DNA of 63,218 bases, filler included, from Saprolegnia diclina VS20 (lineage: Eukaryota): assembly GCF_000281045.1 (NCBI RefSeq). It is 3 parts of 2 records of this genome, joined end to end, with 100 filler letters (N's around TTAATTAATTAA, not from the genome) between each part and the next. Parts side by side here need not be neighbours in the genome. Positions count along the whole stretch, not along the records: positions 30,409 to 53,298 come from NW_008246190.1; positions 53,399 to 63,218 come from NW_008246190.1; 1 more part is not named here. The stretch is one strand, 5' to 3'. The notes beneath the pieces were generated by a model. The model saw nothing but the letters and a program-made list of their open reading frames with translations, did no database searches and was not told the DNA's origin. Both the position numbers and the translations under genes were made by a program. Positions 46,401 to 56,955 of this stretch are shown piece after piece. Position 1 is the stretch's first letter. The number at the start of each line of letters is the position of its first letter.

Positions 46401-49169
46401 GCGCAATGGCGTGGAGGGCTTCGGCGGCCGCGGCTTTGGTCGGACGGTCCATCGCGTGCAAAGCGAGATCGATGAGCGGCGAAAGTAGCTTGGAGAGCGA
46501 GACGCGCAGCTGCCGTGCCGACACGCCAAGCGTGAGCTCCAAGGGCGACAGCAGCGGGGTTGCCGCGGATGATGTTGTCGGCAGCACAAAGCGCGCATGG
46601 CCACCGAGCGAGCCAAGCCAGCGGAGGAGCCGGCGCTGCAGCGGCAGCCCATTGGCTTCCAAGTACGGCCCGAGAAGCGGCAGCAGCACCGGGTACGCGT
46701 CCTCAAGGCGCCGCGACGCCTGCCACGTTTCGAGCACCTCCATGGCTATCGCAGACGCTGGTGCGTGCTGCAGCCCGAGCACGAGCGCTTTCTGCAGCGC
46801 GAGTACGATCTGCGCTGTGTCGGCCCACGCGATCGGTGTCGCGAGTACGCAGAGGCACGCTGAGAGGAGGAGCTCGTCCTGGTAGTGCTCGAGCGCGACC
46901 ACAAGGTCCGCAATGAAGCGACTGTAGACGTCACGGACCCCCACAAGGGACTCGGTATTCGAGCCAAGGGCCGTGATTGCAAGGCCGCAGAGGCGCCCGA
47001 GCCGGTAGACGGCCGACACGAGCGGCGACACCCCGGCCACCTCGACGATCCACTGCAAATAGAGTGGCACCCAGGACGCAAACGCGACCGCACGCGGCCC
47101 CGCAAGCCATCTCTCGGCAAACTCGGTCAAGTTGAGTAAGATCGTGTGGTCGCGCGGCACGATCGGCTACATGCACCCAACCCTTCAGCTCTTTTTGCAA
47201 CTAAGAAGACAAACCTGGTACGAGGTCTCGCTGTTGGGGTCGTCCTCGGTTGCCGACGTCTCATAGCGCACGTCCAAGTGCTGCAGAAGCGACAAGAGCT
47301 CCAGCATCGCCGCGTCCAAGACGTGGTTGTTCTTTTTGGCGACGTTCTTCCAGAGGTTTTCGTACACAAACAGCAGCCGCGTGTCCGGCGCGCCTGTCTC
47401 CGGGTGGTACAACAGCGTCTACATACACATAGACAATGTGTCTGCAATGCGACCATGCAAATAGTGTACGGTCTCGGTGACGACGACTTGATTCGAGACC
47501 ACGAGGAGCATGCCGTGGCGGACCACCGCCGAGACACTTTGAGGAAACCCGGCAAAGAGCGAGAGCAGCGCGAGTTCGGCGCGGAATTTGGTATACACGG
47601 CCGCGTGCGGGTAGAGGTCCAGCACGCGACAGCCCAAGTCGGTCGCAAACGACGCGACCGTGACGTCCGGCGTACCGGTCTACGGAATGTATGACACGAC
47701 TGTACATCGGGCAACCTCGACACCACCTCGGTCGCAAACCGGCCAAAGCAGAGCGTGTATTGGCACAAGAGCAGCCACTTGGAGCCGACCGAGTCCCGCA
47801 GTGCAAGGACGTCTTCGCCGTACTTGAGGAGCCGATTGTGAATCTTGCGCTGGGCACTTTCGTCGACAAAGAGATGCAGAATCGGCGCAAAGGCTGTGAG
47901 CCCGGTCAGCGCCAAGCACGGTGCGTCCAAGCTCGTTGCGTCGTTCAAGCCCGAGAGAAAATCCTTGAGAAAGCGCTGAAAGTGCCGCTTTCGCAGCGGC
48001 TCGGGCGTCGTCGTCGTGTCGCCAAGGGCCCGAGCGACCGTCTCCAGCACGTTGGGCAGAGCGTCGTAGCCGGGCTTGCGGATCTGACGTGCTTGGTCAC
48101 TTCTCTCGTTGAAACAAGAAGACAGCATACCGTCTTGTTGCTATGGGCGCAGCAATACCGCAGCGCAGTGTAGAGCTCGAACGGATCGGCGGCCAAATTG
48201 GCCTCAAAGCTCGAGGCGTGGAACCGGAGCAGCGTGAGGCACGACTTGACAAACGTCAGGCGTGTGAGGGACCCCGCCATCGTCGTCGCCAGCGTCCGCT
48301 GAATGTACCTACATGCCAAGATATACCGATGCGAACACGCCAGTGGAAGGCCAACGTGAAGAGCTGGTCGCGCTGGTGCACAGTCATGACGGGATCGATG
48401 CGCAAAATCTGGTTCAGGCACACAAAGCTACCGCTGAGAAGCGTCATTTCTAGCACGGATTGAATCAACCAGACCAAGAGACTGGCAAACTACCGGGAGA
48501 CGAGCTCGTAAATTGCTTCTCGAGCGCGGCTTCGATCCAGTGACGCAACGTCGGCACGTACGTCTGCATGTCGCTGGCAAACTGCGCCAAGAGCGCACCA
48601 AGAAGCTCGAGAAAGGCGCCTTTGGCCGACTGCGTGCACTTGGTCGCGCTGAGCTCGGCCAAGAGGAGCGACGTCAACGCGTGAAGCTGGCACTCGGCAG
48701 GGCGAACGCTGCCCGGGTAGTGCTTGATGATGTACTTGGCGAGGTCCGATGCAGCACAGCGTGTCTTGGAGGGCAGCGTGCAAGTCAAGAGGACCCGGCA
48801 CGTCGTCACGAGGGGCGCCAAGTACGGCCCGATCGCTGCGCGAACGTCCAGATGAAACTTCTTGAGAAACGTGGCGAGGTAGTCGAGAACGTAGTAGAAC
48901 GCCTGCGTCGACTGCTTCGTGTCGTTTAAGAGTGCGAGAAGGCTCGTGTCGTCGTCGGCGTCGTCCGAGGTCGACGCCTGCTGGAAGAGCGCGCTGCAGC
49001 AGAGCTCGGCCGCCGACCGCGACGCCGCCACGCACGCCGACGTCCGCCGGAAGAGCACCGAAACGCTACCTTCGATCGCATCCTTGTCCATGTGCTCGGC
49101 GCCAGCGACGTCGCGTAGCTGCGCGAGCGCCCGTGTCACGTCCTTTAGGAGCGCAGCCTCGGAGCTCAT
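37424..49169 (-). CDS. PRKDC: DNA-dependent protein kinase catalytic subunit, multi-exon
   Basis: PIKK motifs GEDLRLDQR, YILGIGDRHLDNFL, IGIDFG, PELVPFRFTRQ; FATC DPNILGRTFHGWSPWA; LYRSYRAGELPDIEI; long HEAT-like N-terminus. Confidence 0.96.
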
Positions 49170-50092
49170 GATCCACAACTGCCAACACCGAGCTTTGGCA
49201 ATCCGGATACAAATCCGGATAATCCACCCCACGCTTCGATGCGCGTGGTGGGTTGCATTTTCAAATGCACGTTGGATGCTCGCAGTAGGTCACAGATGAT
49301 CCTTCTCTAGGTCGACCACTTGGGCTCGAGTCGCGCAACTGCAGTCGCCGGGGTCCGTTGCCATTGTTGCCGCACTCGAAATCTGGCGCTACAAACTGCC
49401 ACGTCACATCATCCGGCGGGTTATCCGGATGTGTCGAACGAGGTCTTAGGACCTCGCCCAGTTCGCGCCGCGTTGAGAGCAAGGGCGGATGCTGAGCACC
49501 GATCGGTAGCCACCAAGGTTAGATAGCTGCGATAAGAGTTATACAGTGAGACTTGAATACTTTGAAAAGCTCTCTTCATATTGGAACAAGCTCTGTGGAA
49601 ATGATGCGGAGGAGATCCATATTGGTGCGCTCAACGCTGTCAGCGCACATCGGAAGGTTGGCGAACTGCATGTTTCTCGCTGCCTTGTACGTGGCTGAGC
49701 CGCGCTTTGCCTGCGGCAACAGGCATTTTGCTGCGTCGGTTCTTTCGTCAGGTCCAAAGATATCGGGTTCAGACAACTGGACTATGGATAAAAAAACGCT
49801 GTTGAAAGTGGAATCTGCGCTGCCAAGGGCCGTACAAGCGCATAAGGCGTTGCTTGCTACGGTTCCGTACGCACCGATGTACGAGGTACGTGCATGCGGT
49901 CACCTCGGAGAGCAAGGTCCCACAAGAGGAAATGCACGGCGCCGGGGACCACGGAACTGTTGGGTGAAAATAGACGAAAGATCGTCAAAAGACCGTATAT
50001 TTCCGCATTACGCAGCCAATCATAATGGATCTTTTGCGCAAGTCCCGTATTTTCGGCCATCGCGACCGTGCCAATATTGCGACCGACGTGAC

Positions 50093-51013
50093 ATGGAAAT
50101 CATCTTCCTCGGGACGGGCGGGTCGTCAAGCATCCCGTGGATGCAATGCCTCCTCAGCGGAACGAACTGCGCCGTGTGCCATCATGCCCACGCGGTGCCA
50201 AGCTCCAAGAACCGGCGCAACAACCCGAGCCTCCTCGTGCGCTATGGCGGGCGCAACGTGCTCATCGACTGCGGCAAGACGTTCCGCGACAGCGTTCTCA
50301 AGGTGTTTCTGGCGAAAAACATCAAGTCTCTTGACGCGATCGTTCTCACGCATGGCCATGCCGACGCGTGCTTGGGCCTGGACGACGTCCGCGAGCTGCA
50401 AGTGTTCACCCGCTGCGCCGAGGGAGGCGATGACAAGAAGATGGCGAATGAGCCCATGTACGTACACTGCCATCCGCGCACCAAGGCGGAAGTCGGGCCC
50501 AAGTTTGACTACCTCATGCTACCGCCGTTAAAAGCCGACGCGAGCTCGTACCGCTGGACCGCCAAACTCGACTGGAAGGTCTTCGAGGACTTTGGCTCGT
50601 TCGATGCCGCCGGCGTCGCGTTCACGGCGCTGCCGGTTATGCACGGAAAAGGGTACCTTTGCAGCGGATTTGAGTTTGGCGCAGAGGTGGGCGCGCGCTT
50701 CGTGTACCTCTCGGACCTCCACGAACTCCCGAGCACGACGCGGGCGCACCTTGTCGCCAACCCAGCGCCCATCGACGTGCTCGTCATTGACGCCATCTAC
50801 TTGCAAGCTGTGCATGGCGCGCACCTCAATCTGCCGCAGGCGATCGAGATCATCAAGCTGCTCCGGCCCAAGAAGACGTACCTTGTGGGCATGAGCCACG
50901 AGTTTGACTACGATGTGCACAATCGCTCGATCCGCGCGGATGTGCTGCGCGAAGCCAACCTCGATGTCGAGATGGCGTATGACGGCCTCGAAGTCGCGCT
51001 TGGCCCCGCGTAG
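50093..51013 (+). CDS. Metallo-beta-lactamase-fold hydrolase, PhnP-like, intronless
   Basis: IIFLGTGGSS, KNRRNNPSLL, LIDCGK, LTHGHADACLGLDD, VMHG, YLSD, GMSHE, AYDG. Confidence 0.92.
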   Translation: MEIIFLGTGGSSSIPWMQCLLSGTNCAVCHHAHAVPSSKNRRNNPSLLVRYGGRNVLIDCGKTFRDSVLKVFLAKNIKSLDAIVLTHGHADACLGLDDVRELQVFTRCAEGGDDKKMANEPMYVHCHPRTKAEVGPKFDYLMLPPLKADASSYRWTAKLDWKVFEDFGSFDAAGVAFTALPVMHGKGYLCSGFEFGAEVGARFVYLSDLHELPSTTRAHLVANPAPIDVLVIDAIYLQAVHGAHLNLPQAIEIIKLLRPKKTYLVGMSHEFDYDVHNRSIRADVLREANLDVEMAYDGLEVALGPA

Positions 51014-51127
51014 TAGCGACTGTCGTACTGGTAGAAGAGCATTGAGCAACGACTGCGGCAGGGTAGTCTTCTTGATATTTTTCAATATACTTGTATACTT
51101 CATGCAGCTACAGTCTCTATAAGATAG

Positions 51128-51666
51128 TTATGCATGCTTGGCTCGCAGCCGATCGAGAAGCTCGAAGTCGCCGTCGGTGTTGACGTACTGGCGAGCGAGA
51201 AGTAGAAGGCCGCTTGTACGCTGAGAAGAATCGGCGTATGTGGCACCGATTGGACGCATCAAGTCTTGGCCGCGTACTTCAATGATTTGATCACGGGTTC
51301 GACGCAGCTATATGACCTACGTTGGGCTATTACAACTGTACCTGCCACATTCCACGCGGTTGTTGGTTGGAAGCGATTCTGTCAAACAGAATCGGGGTTG
51401 CCGCCATTCCGCGCCAGCATCATATTCGGATACCGAAGATGTTTCATGGACGAGATGAGCTTCCATAAAGACGTTGGTCGCTGCTGCCGTGTGCGATCGG
51501 CATTGTTGGGCGCGCCCGCGTCGTCGTTTGTGCACTGGAGTCACGCGCCACGCTATACTAGTATCGTCTATCGGTCGCTGGACGAAGCGGGCGCGCAAAC
51601 GCATGGATAGTTGGCTCATCCACGCTTGCTAGTTCTGACGATTGCTGCTGATGGCAATGATTCCAT
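51128..51666 (-). CDS. Possible small multi-exon gene (model uncertain)
   Basis: Promoter motif cluster and INR at 51688-51739; candidate GT-AG introns 51433-51379, 51341-51308 and 51277-51221 yield an open frame ending LLDRLRAKHA*. Confidence 0.3.
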
Positions 51667-52032
51667 GGCTTGAGGTCTCGAAACGGCAAAAATGAGGCTC
51701 ATGCACCCTGCCACGTCATCCGGATACGAGACAACCAATCACACGCGAGCTAGCCAGAAAAGATCGTCTTGCTTGGTTGTGCGCTAGTTGGCCTGAGGGG
51801 CAAGGCTCGCACTGTGTATCATCATACTCAACATGTTTGCGACGCATATTGTGACTAGTCGTATCGACGCAATAGGATATTGTTCAGTGTATCTAGTATG
51901 GTGCGCATTCTAGTACACTGTAGGCACGGTCGCGACCAACGAGAGACATTCAAAGGATGATGGAAGCAACACTCGGCACCCGCCTTCGTTACGACAAGTA
52001 CCAATGTGCATTTAATTAAATAGCGGCGCGCC

Positions 52033-52704
52033 CTACGCAACGGTTCCGTGCGTGGCACGCGTGCGGCAGAGCGGGCAGGAGCAGTCGGTCTCGAACCACT
52101 TGACCAGGCACGCATCGTGAAAGGCATGGCCACAGGGCATCACGAGCGCCAATTGCGGCGTCTTCGTCTCGTCGTCGCCACTCGATTGTTCCAAGCAAAT
52201 GGAGCAGTCGAGCGCGTCAGTGCCCGTCGGGGCTGGGCCGTCCACCGGTGGTGCGTGCAGAAAGTCCGTCAGCAGCGCACCAGTCTTTTGCACGAGCTGG
52301 CGCACCTTGTCGTCGTCGTCGTGGGATTTCCAATGCAGGCAGAGGGCGCGAAGAGCGACTAAATGACCCGCAAAGTGCTGCAGACCGCGCTTGCGCTGGT
52401 TGATGACAACCAAACAGTCGGTTGTCAGCATGAGGTGCTTGCGAGGAAACGGTGTGTCGAGTGCGTGGGCAATGGCGGCGGCAAGGACTGGTACTTTGGC
52501 CTTGACGGCGCGCTGGGCGACCGCGAGTTCGCTTCGCAGCGCTCGAAACTGCGAGTAGCGCTTCTGCAGCATCCACCACGCGCGCGTCTCGGGGCACGCC
52601 ACGACGAGCACGTAGATCGTAAAAGCTTCGCTGCCGACCGAGAGCTTGTCGCTGGTCGGTGCCATGACGTTGAGGGCGCGGACGTGCACGCGGGTCGTCG
52701 CCAT
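52033..52704 (-). CDS. Second PX domain plus RING-H2 protein
   Basis: FTIYVL, KRYSQF, FPRK, QRKRGL; CSICL...MPCGHAFHDACLVKWF...CPLC; INR/FPR immediately upstream supports ATG 52704. Confidence 0.9.
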   Translation of the reverse strand: MATTRVHVRALNVMAPTSDKLSVGSEAFTIYVLVVACPETRAWWMLQKRYSQFRALRSELAVAQRAVKAKVPVLAAAIAHALDTPFPRKHLMLTTDCLVVINQRKRGLQHFAGHLVALRALCLHWKSHDDDDKVRQLVQKTGALLTDFLHAPPVDGPAPTGTDALDCSICLEQSSGDDETKTPQLALVMPCGHAFHDACLVKWFETDCSCPLCRTRATHGTVA

Positions 52705-52708
52705 GGTG

Positions 52709-52723
52709 CGAATTGTGGAGTGC
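52709..52723 (-). promoter_or_regulatory. INR+FPR core promoter
   Basis: Minus strand GCACTCCACAATTCG just before the ATG. Confidence 0.65.
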
Positions 52724-53298
52724 AGCCACACCCAAAGTGCAAAGTGCAAACTCGGCACGTTCGTAATGCACATCCAGATACAGTGGACCCATTGCAGTAA
52801 TTGCCACGCGACAGAGTCGCAAGATCCAGCCCAACTGGCGTTGTGCGTGGCGTTATGTATGCAGAAGGCATCTGATACATCCCGTGACGAGGAGCTTACG
52901 TGCCAGTGCATTTGTGCTAGGATCAACAGCGCAGAGAGCACCAAGTCCGACACGATTACTCGTACAGTAGCCATCGAGTCGGCGTAAAGACGTTAGAGTC
53001 TTCGGTGCTCACTTGGGTGTCCAGTTCCCCGCAGCTTAAGCCGAAGCGTTACATTATGGATGGTCGCAAAACGGACGGCCACGAGCAGGTGACCCGAGGC
53101 ACGACGCATGGCCCAATTGACCACGTCGACATCGGATGCTGGAAGTTTATGCTGCATACGAAGATACAAGCCGCGGCGACTGCAAGTTTAGATATGGGTT
53201 TGTTCACGTAGGCGTGAGCTATCTCTGCGTTGTATCGCGCGGTGTACTCATACGCACATTACATGTAATGGTCGAGTCCTGTGATCTGTGATGCGAGT

Positions 53299-53398
53299 NN
53301 NNNNNNNNNNNNNNNNNNNNNNNNNNNNNNNNNNNNNNNNNNTTAATTAATTAANNNNNNNNNNNNNNNNNNNNNNNNNNNNNNNNNNNNNNNNNNNN
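53299..53398. other. Artificial 100-bp gap linker (N44-TTAATTAATTAA-N44)
   Basis: Same linker as at 30309. Confidence 0.97.
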
Positions 53399-53776
53399 AT
53401 CTCGCTCTGCCTCTCGGTGACGCCGTCAATCTTGCTCTCGAGCATTCCGCTCACGGTCTCCAAGCAGCGCTTTGGCACCGCGTACGGCATTCTTGAGGTT
53501 GTCAACGGCTTTACCGCCTTTAGCGGCAACCTCGGCATCGGGTACCTCCGCGATACGACCGGCAGCTACACAATCGTCATGCAAATCCTAATGGCCTTTG
53601 CCTGCCTCACGCTGCTGCTGACGCTCGCGGTCGCTTTTGTCGACAAGCAGCACGGTGGCCACCTTGCGACCGCGACCATCAAGAAGAAGGGCGAAGTCGA
53701 CGACGATGAGCTCGTCGAGGCCGGTAGCTCGAGCTCCAGCGCCGAAGAAGGGTGCGCGCCCAAGATCCACGTGTAG
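53399..53776 (+). CDS. MFSD1-like MFS transporter, C-terminal fragment
   Basis: ISLCLSVTPSILL...RFGTAYG...IGYLRD; paralogous to the two neighbouring genes. Confidence 0.85.
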   Translation: MSLCLSVTPSILLSSIPLTVSKQRFGTAYGILEVVNGFTAFSGNLGIGYLRDTTGSYTIVMQILMAFACLTLLLTLAVAFVDKQHGGHLATATIKKKGEVDDDELVEAGSSSSSAEEGCAPKIHV

Positions 53777-54191
53777 GGACCCTCGGAAACCTAACCCTAC
53801 TAAGTATACGAAATACGTGTTTTGTTTGAGATTTCTTTCATGACAAATCGTAGCACCATGCTTGGAACCGCCACTGTCGACTGAACAAGTTTGTGCATAA
53901 GGACGTCGGAGGATGGCTCGTCCAGTCCAGAATTCGTTGACACACAAATGTCCCACCAATCATTACCGTTCGTCGAGTTTGGCACGCGCTCTCGGCCACT
54001 CCCGATAGTACACTGTAGTCGTACCGTAGTGGTAGGCAAGAACGCCGCCGCAGCACCACCGAACGGAGCTCGACCACTCGTTTTTGCAGTGCCCTCCTCA
54101 GTCGGTGCTAGGTTCTTCAACCATGATGTTGGGCGTCGATGGAAAAGGACAATGAGTTTGCATACAAAAACCGTATTAAATAAGGGGCCAC

Positions 54192-55541
54192 TTAGACATA
54201 TACGCCTTCGGGGCAGCCGCCGTCGCTGCCAGAGGTGCTATAGTCGGCCTCCCGCAGCTCGACATCCTCGTTGTTTTTGGCGATCGTGGCGGCCGCCAGG
54301 TGGTTGCCCGTCCGCGTGTCTTCGCGCGCGAGGGCGAGTGCCAGCACAAGTGTCAGGCAGGCGAGGCCCAAAAGCACTTGCATGACGGCGTTGTAGCCGC
54401 CAGACGTGTCGAGGATGTAGCCGATCGCAATGTTGCCGACAAAACCGCCGAGTGCATCGACAACTTCGACGATACCAAACGCCGTCCCGAACCGGTGTTT
54501 GGAGATCGAGAGCGCAATGCTGGCCATGAGAATCGTCGGTGTCACCGAGAGGCAGAGCGAGATCATGAGCATCGGCACGATCGGGTTGATGTTGGTGAAG
54601 ACAAGCAACGTGTACGCGAGGATGCTCAGACACGACGAGCACAGAATGAGCTGGATGCGACCGCCAACGCAGTCGACCACGAGGCCCACGAGCGGCGCAA
54701 AGATCACAAACACGTGCGCCAAGCTGCTCACGTACCCAGCGTTCACGATCGAGTAGCCGTGCACTTGGGTAAAGTAGCTCGCCGAGACGTTCTGGAAGAG
54801 GTGGAACACGTTGATGAACGTCACGTGGAGTGCGACGACGAGCCAAAATAGCGGCGAGAACGACCCCATCGCCATGAACGACAGCTTCTCGTGGACGACA
54901 TCGGCCTTCTTGGCGCGGCGCACGTAGCAGTACGAGCTCAGCCACGTGAGCGACGGCGCGATCACCGACACGAGCTCGGCGCCCGCGCGCACTTGGTGCT
55001 TGACGTCGCGCTTGATGCGCTTGAGCGTCTGCGCAGCGCGGCCGACGACAAGCGCCACCAACAACGACACGATGCACACCACAAAGCCGTACCAGAGACC
55101 GTACACGTAGCTGCCAAAGTAGAGCGCGACAGGCGCCACCGTCGCTTTCGCAAGCATCTTGGAGATGTTGGTGATACCCACCGACGTGCCCATCGCAAAC
55201 GTGAGCTCGGACCGGTCAAACCAGTACGCGACGATCGCGCGGCCGCCGACCACGACGCTGCCCTCGCCAAGACCAAAGATGATGCGTCCGGCCATCGCGA
55301 GCCAGATCGAGTGCAGCTCCATGGCGTACGCAAAGAGCGCTTGGCCGCAGCACATGAGGATGAGGAAGTAGAGGATCGTGACGTGGCCCTTGCAGTCGAG
55401 GAGATGACCACCGACAAACGGGATGATCATGTTGGGGACCGAGACCGCCGAGTTGAACGCGCCGTAGATCGTGTTGGAGATCGGAAACTCCTTGTCGTCG
55501 AGCATGAGTTGTTGGAGCGACGACATTTCATTCTACACCGT
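54192..55541 (-). CDS. MFSD1-like MFS transporter, 5' exon(s) in gap
   Basis: PNMIIPFVGGHLLD, GRIIFGLGEG, WFDRSELTFAMG, RFGTAFG. Confidence 0.9.
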
Positions 55542-55786
55542 NNNNNNNNNNNNNNNNNNNNNNNNNNNNNNNNNNNNNNNNNNNNNNNNNNNNNNNNNNN
55601 NNNNNNNNNNNNNNNNNNNNNNNNNNNNNNNNNNNNNNNNNNNNNNNNNNNNNNNNNNNNNNNNNNNNNNNNNNNNNNNNNNNNNNNNNNNNNNNNNNNN
55701 NNNNNNNNNNNNNNNNNNNNNNNNNNNNNNNNNNNNNNNNNNNNNNNNNNNNNNNNNNNNNNNNNNNNNNNNNNNNNNNNNNNNNN
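55542..55786. other. Assembly gap (245 N)
   Basis: N run. Confidence 1.
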
Positions 55787-56955
55787 GCCAATTGGGAAGT
55801 GAGGATTCGACCAAGTTGGTGGTCGTTTTCGAGTGCAAGCGACAAACTCCAAGACCTGAAGTTGCAGACGAAGGTGTAACCCGGCGTGGCGATCTGATGG
55901 CTTTCTTTGCACACGCCGTGTGGCACCGACCAATGAAATGCGCCGAAAAATTCGAAGACCAATCAACGATGTCGGAATATGGAACCCGCGTGCGTCAATT
56001 GAACGACTCAGCGGTTTGGCAGTTTGAGCTCGGCCTCAAGACTGTTGCATAGCCACTCACGCCGACTTGGATGCCACAGGTGACGTTGGCTCGAGCGGCG
56101 TCTGCAGTCACCCATGCAGTACGGCGTCGCTTGCAGTAGGGAGCAGGGTGGCACATCAAGGCTCAAATCGCCCTCGTTGAACGGTTGCCACGTGCCGAAT
56201 ATTCGTACCTCGCTTGTCGTAGGGCGATAGGACCATTGCTCACGGTTGACGGTCGACGGTCGACGGTCCTTCGCCTTTGCTCGACGCTCATCCTCGCGAT
56301 TGTTCCGCCCGGTGAGCCGCACTCAACGTCCGTGTTCGCATCTGGGTCGCACGCCCGTAACGTCAAGCTACTCGGCCCAAGGTCCACCTTTGTATCATCG
56401 CTCGTCGGCGCCATGTCTATCATAAGACATACTTAGTGGAGTGGTGACTGCAATTGGGCGTAGCAAGATTATGCACCGTCCTACGGTACAGTCGAGTTGG
56501 CAACGCGCCTGTTACGAGCCGCCCTTGCGACACGATGCATCAATTCGATTGGTCCCGTGGCATGCGCCCTTCTGCCAATCCTGTCTGGCCACCGCCAGTA
56601 GCGACGCCGTGAGCAAGCACCCAACGTCCTACGTCAACGCAAAGATCAAGCGCGGGCTGTCGCAAGGAGCATATCACGGACGTGGTTCGAGAGATCAAGC
56701 GCGGCGTCGGAATCATCGTTGCAGGTGCCGTTGCGCCACCCACGCCATCGCGTGTACCCAAGACGCATCGCGCTTGGTCCTCGCGGTCGTCGGGAATCTT
56801 GACCCCTCGCGCTGGAGCAGCGTTTGCCTTTGCCCAATGGCCTTGCACGACCAAAGATATCCACCAATGAGAGCGCAGATGAAGCAGCGGACGAATCTTT
56901 TCGCCAATCAGATGGCAGCCAGCCAGTCGTATTTTCAAAGTGGCAAAGTCGAAAC

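Noticed and set aside
37370..47000. Numerous long antisense and alternate-frame ORFs over DNA-PKcs and other genes
   Set aside because: Shadow ORFs caused by high GC3 codon bias; no motifs
49439..49456. CGAGGTC-ttag-GACCTCG hairpin; also 7-bp repeats at ~56248 and 10-bp repeats at ~28824
   Set aside because: Too short to exceed chance expectation
49553..50092. 180-aa N-terminal extension of the metallo-beta-lactamase ORF
   Set aside because: Non-ATG start; homology begins at MEIIFLGTG with a CCAAT box ~75 bp upstream
50345..50385. HxHxDA instead of HxHxDH as a sign of a dead enzyme
   Set aside because: To my knowledge HADA is common in eukaryotic PhnP-like hydrolases
52705..52974. Signal/TM-like extension of the second PX-RING ORF
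   Set aside because: An INR/FPR sits directly before ATG 52704, indicating the downstream start
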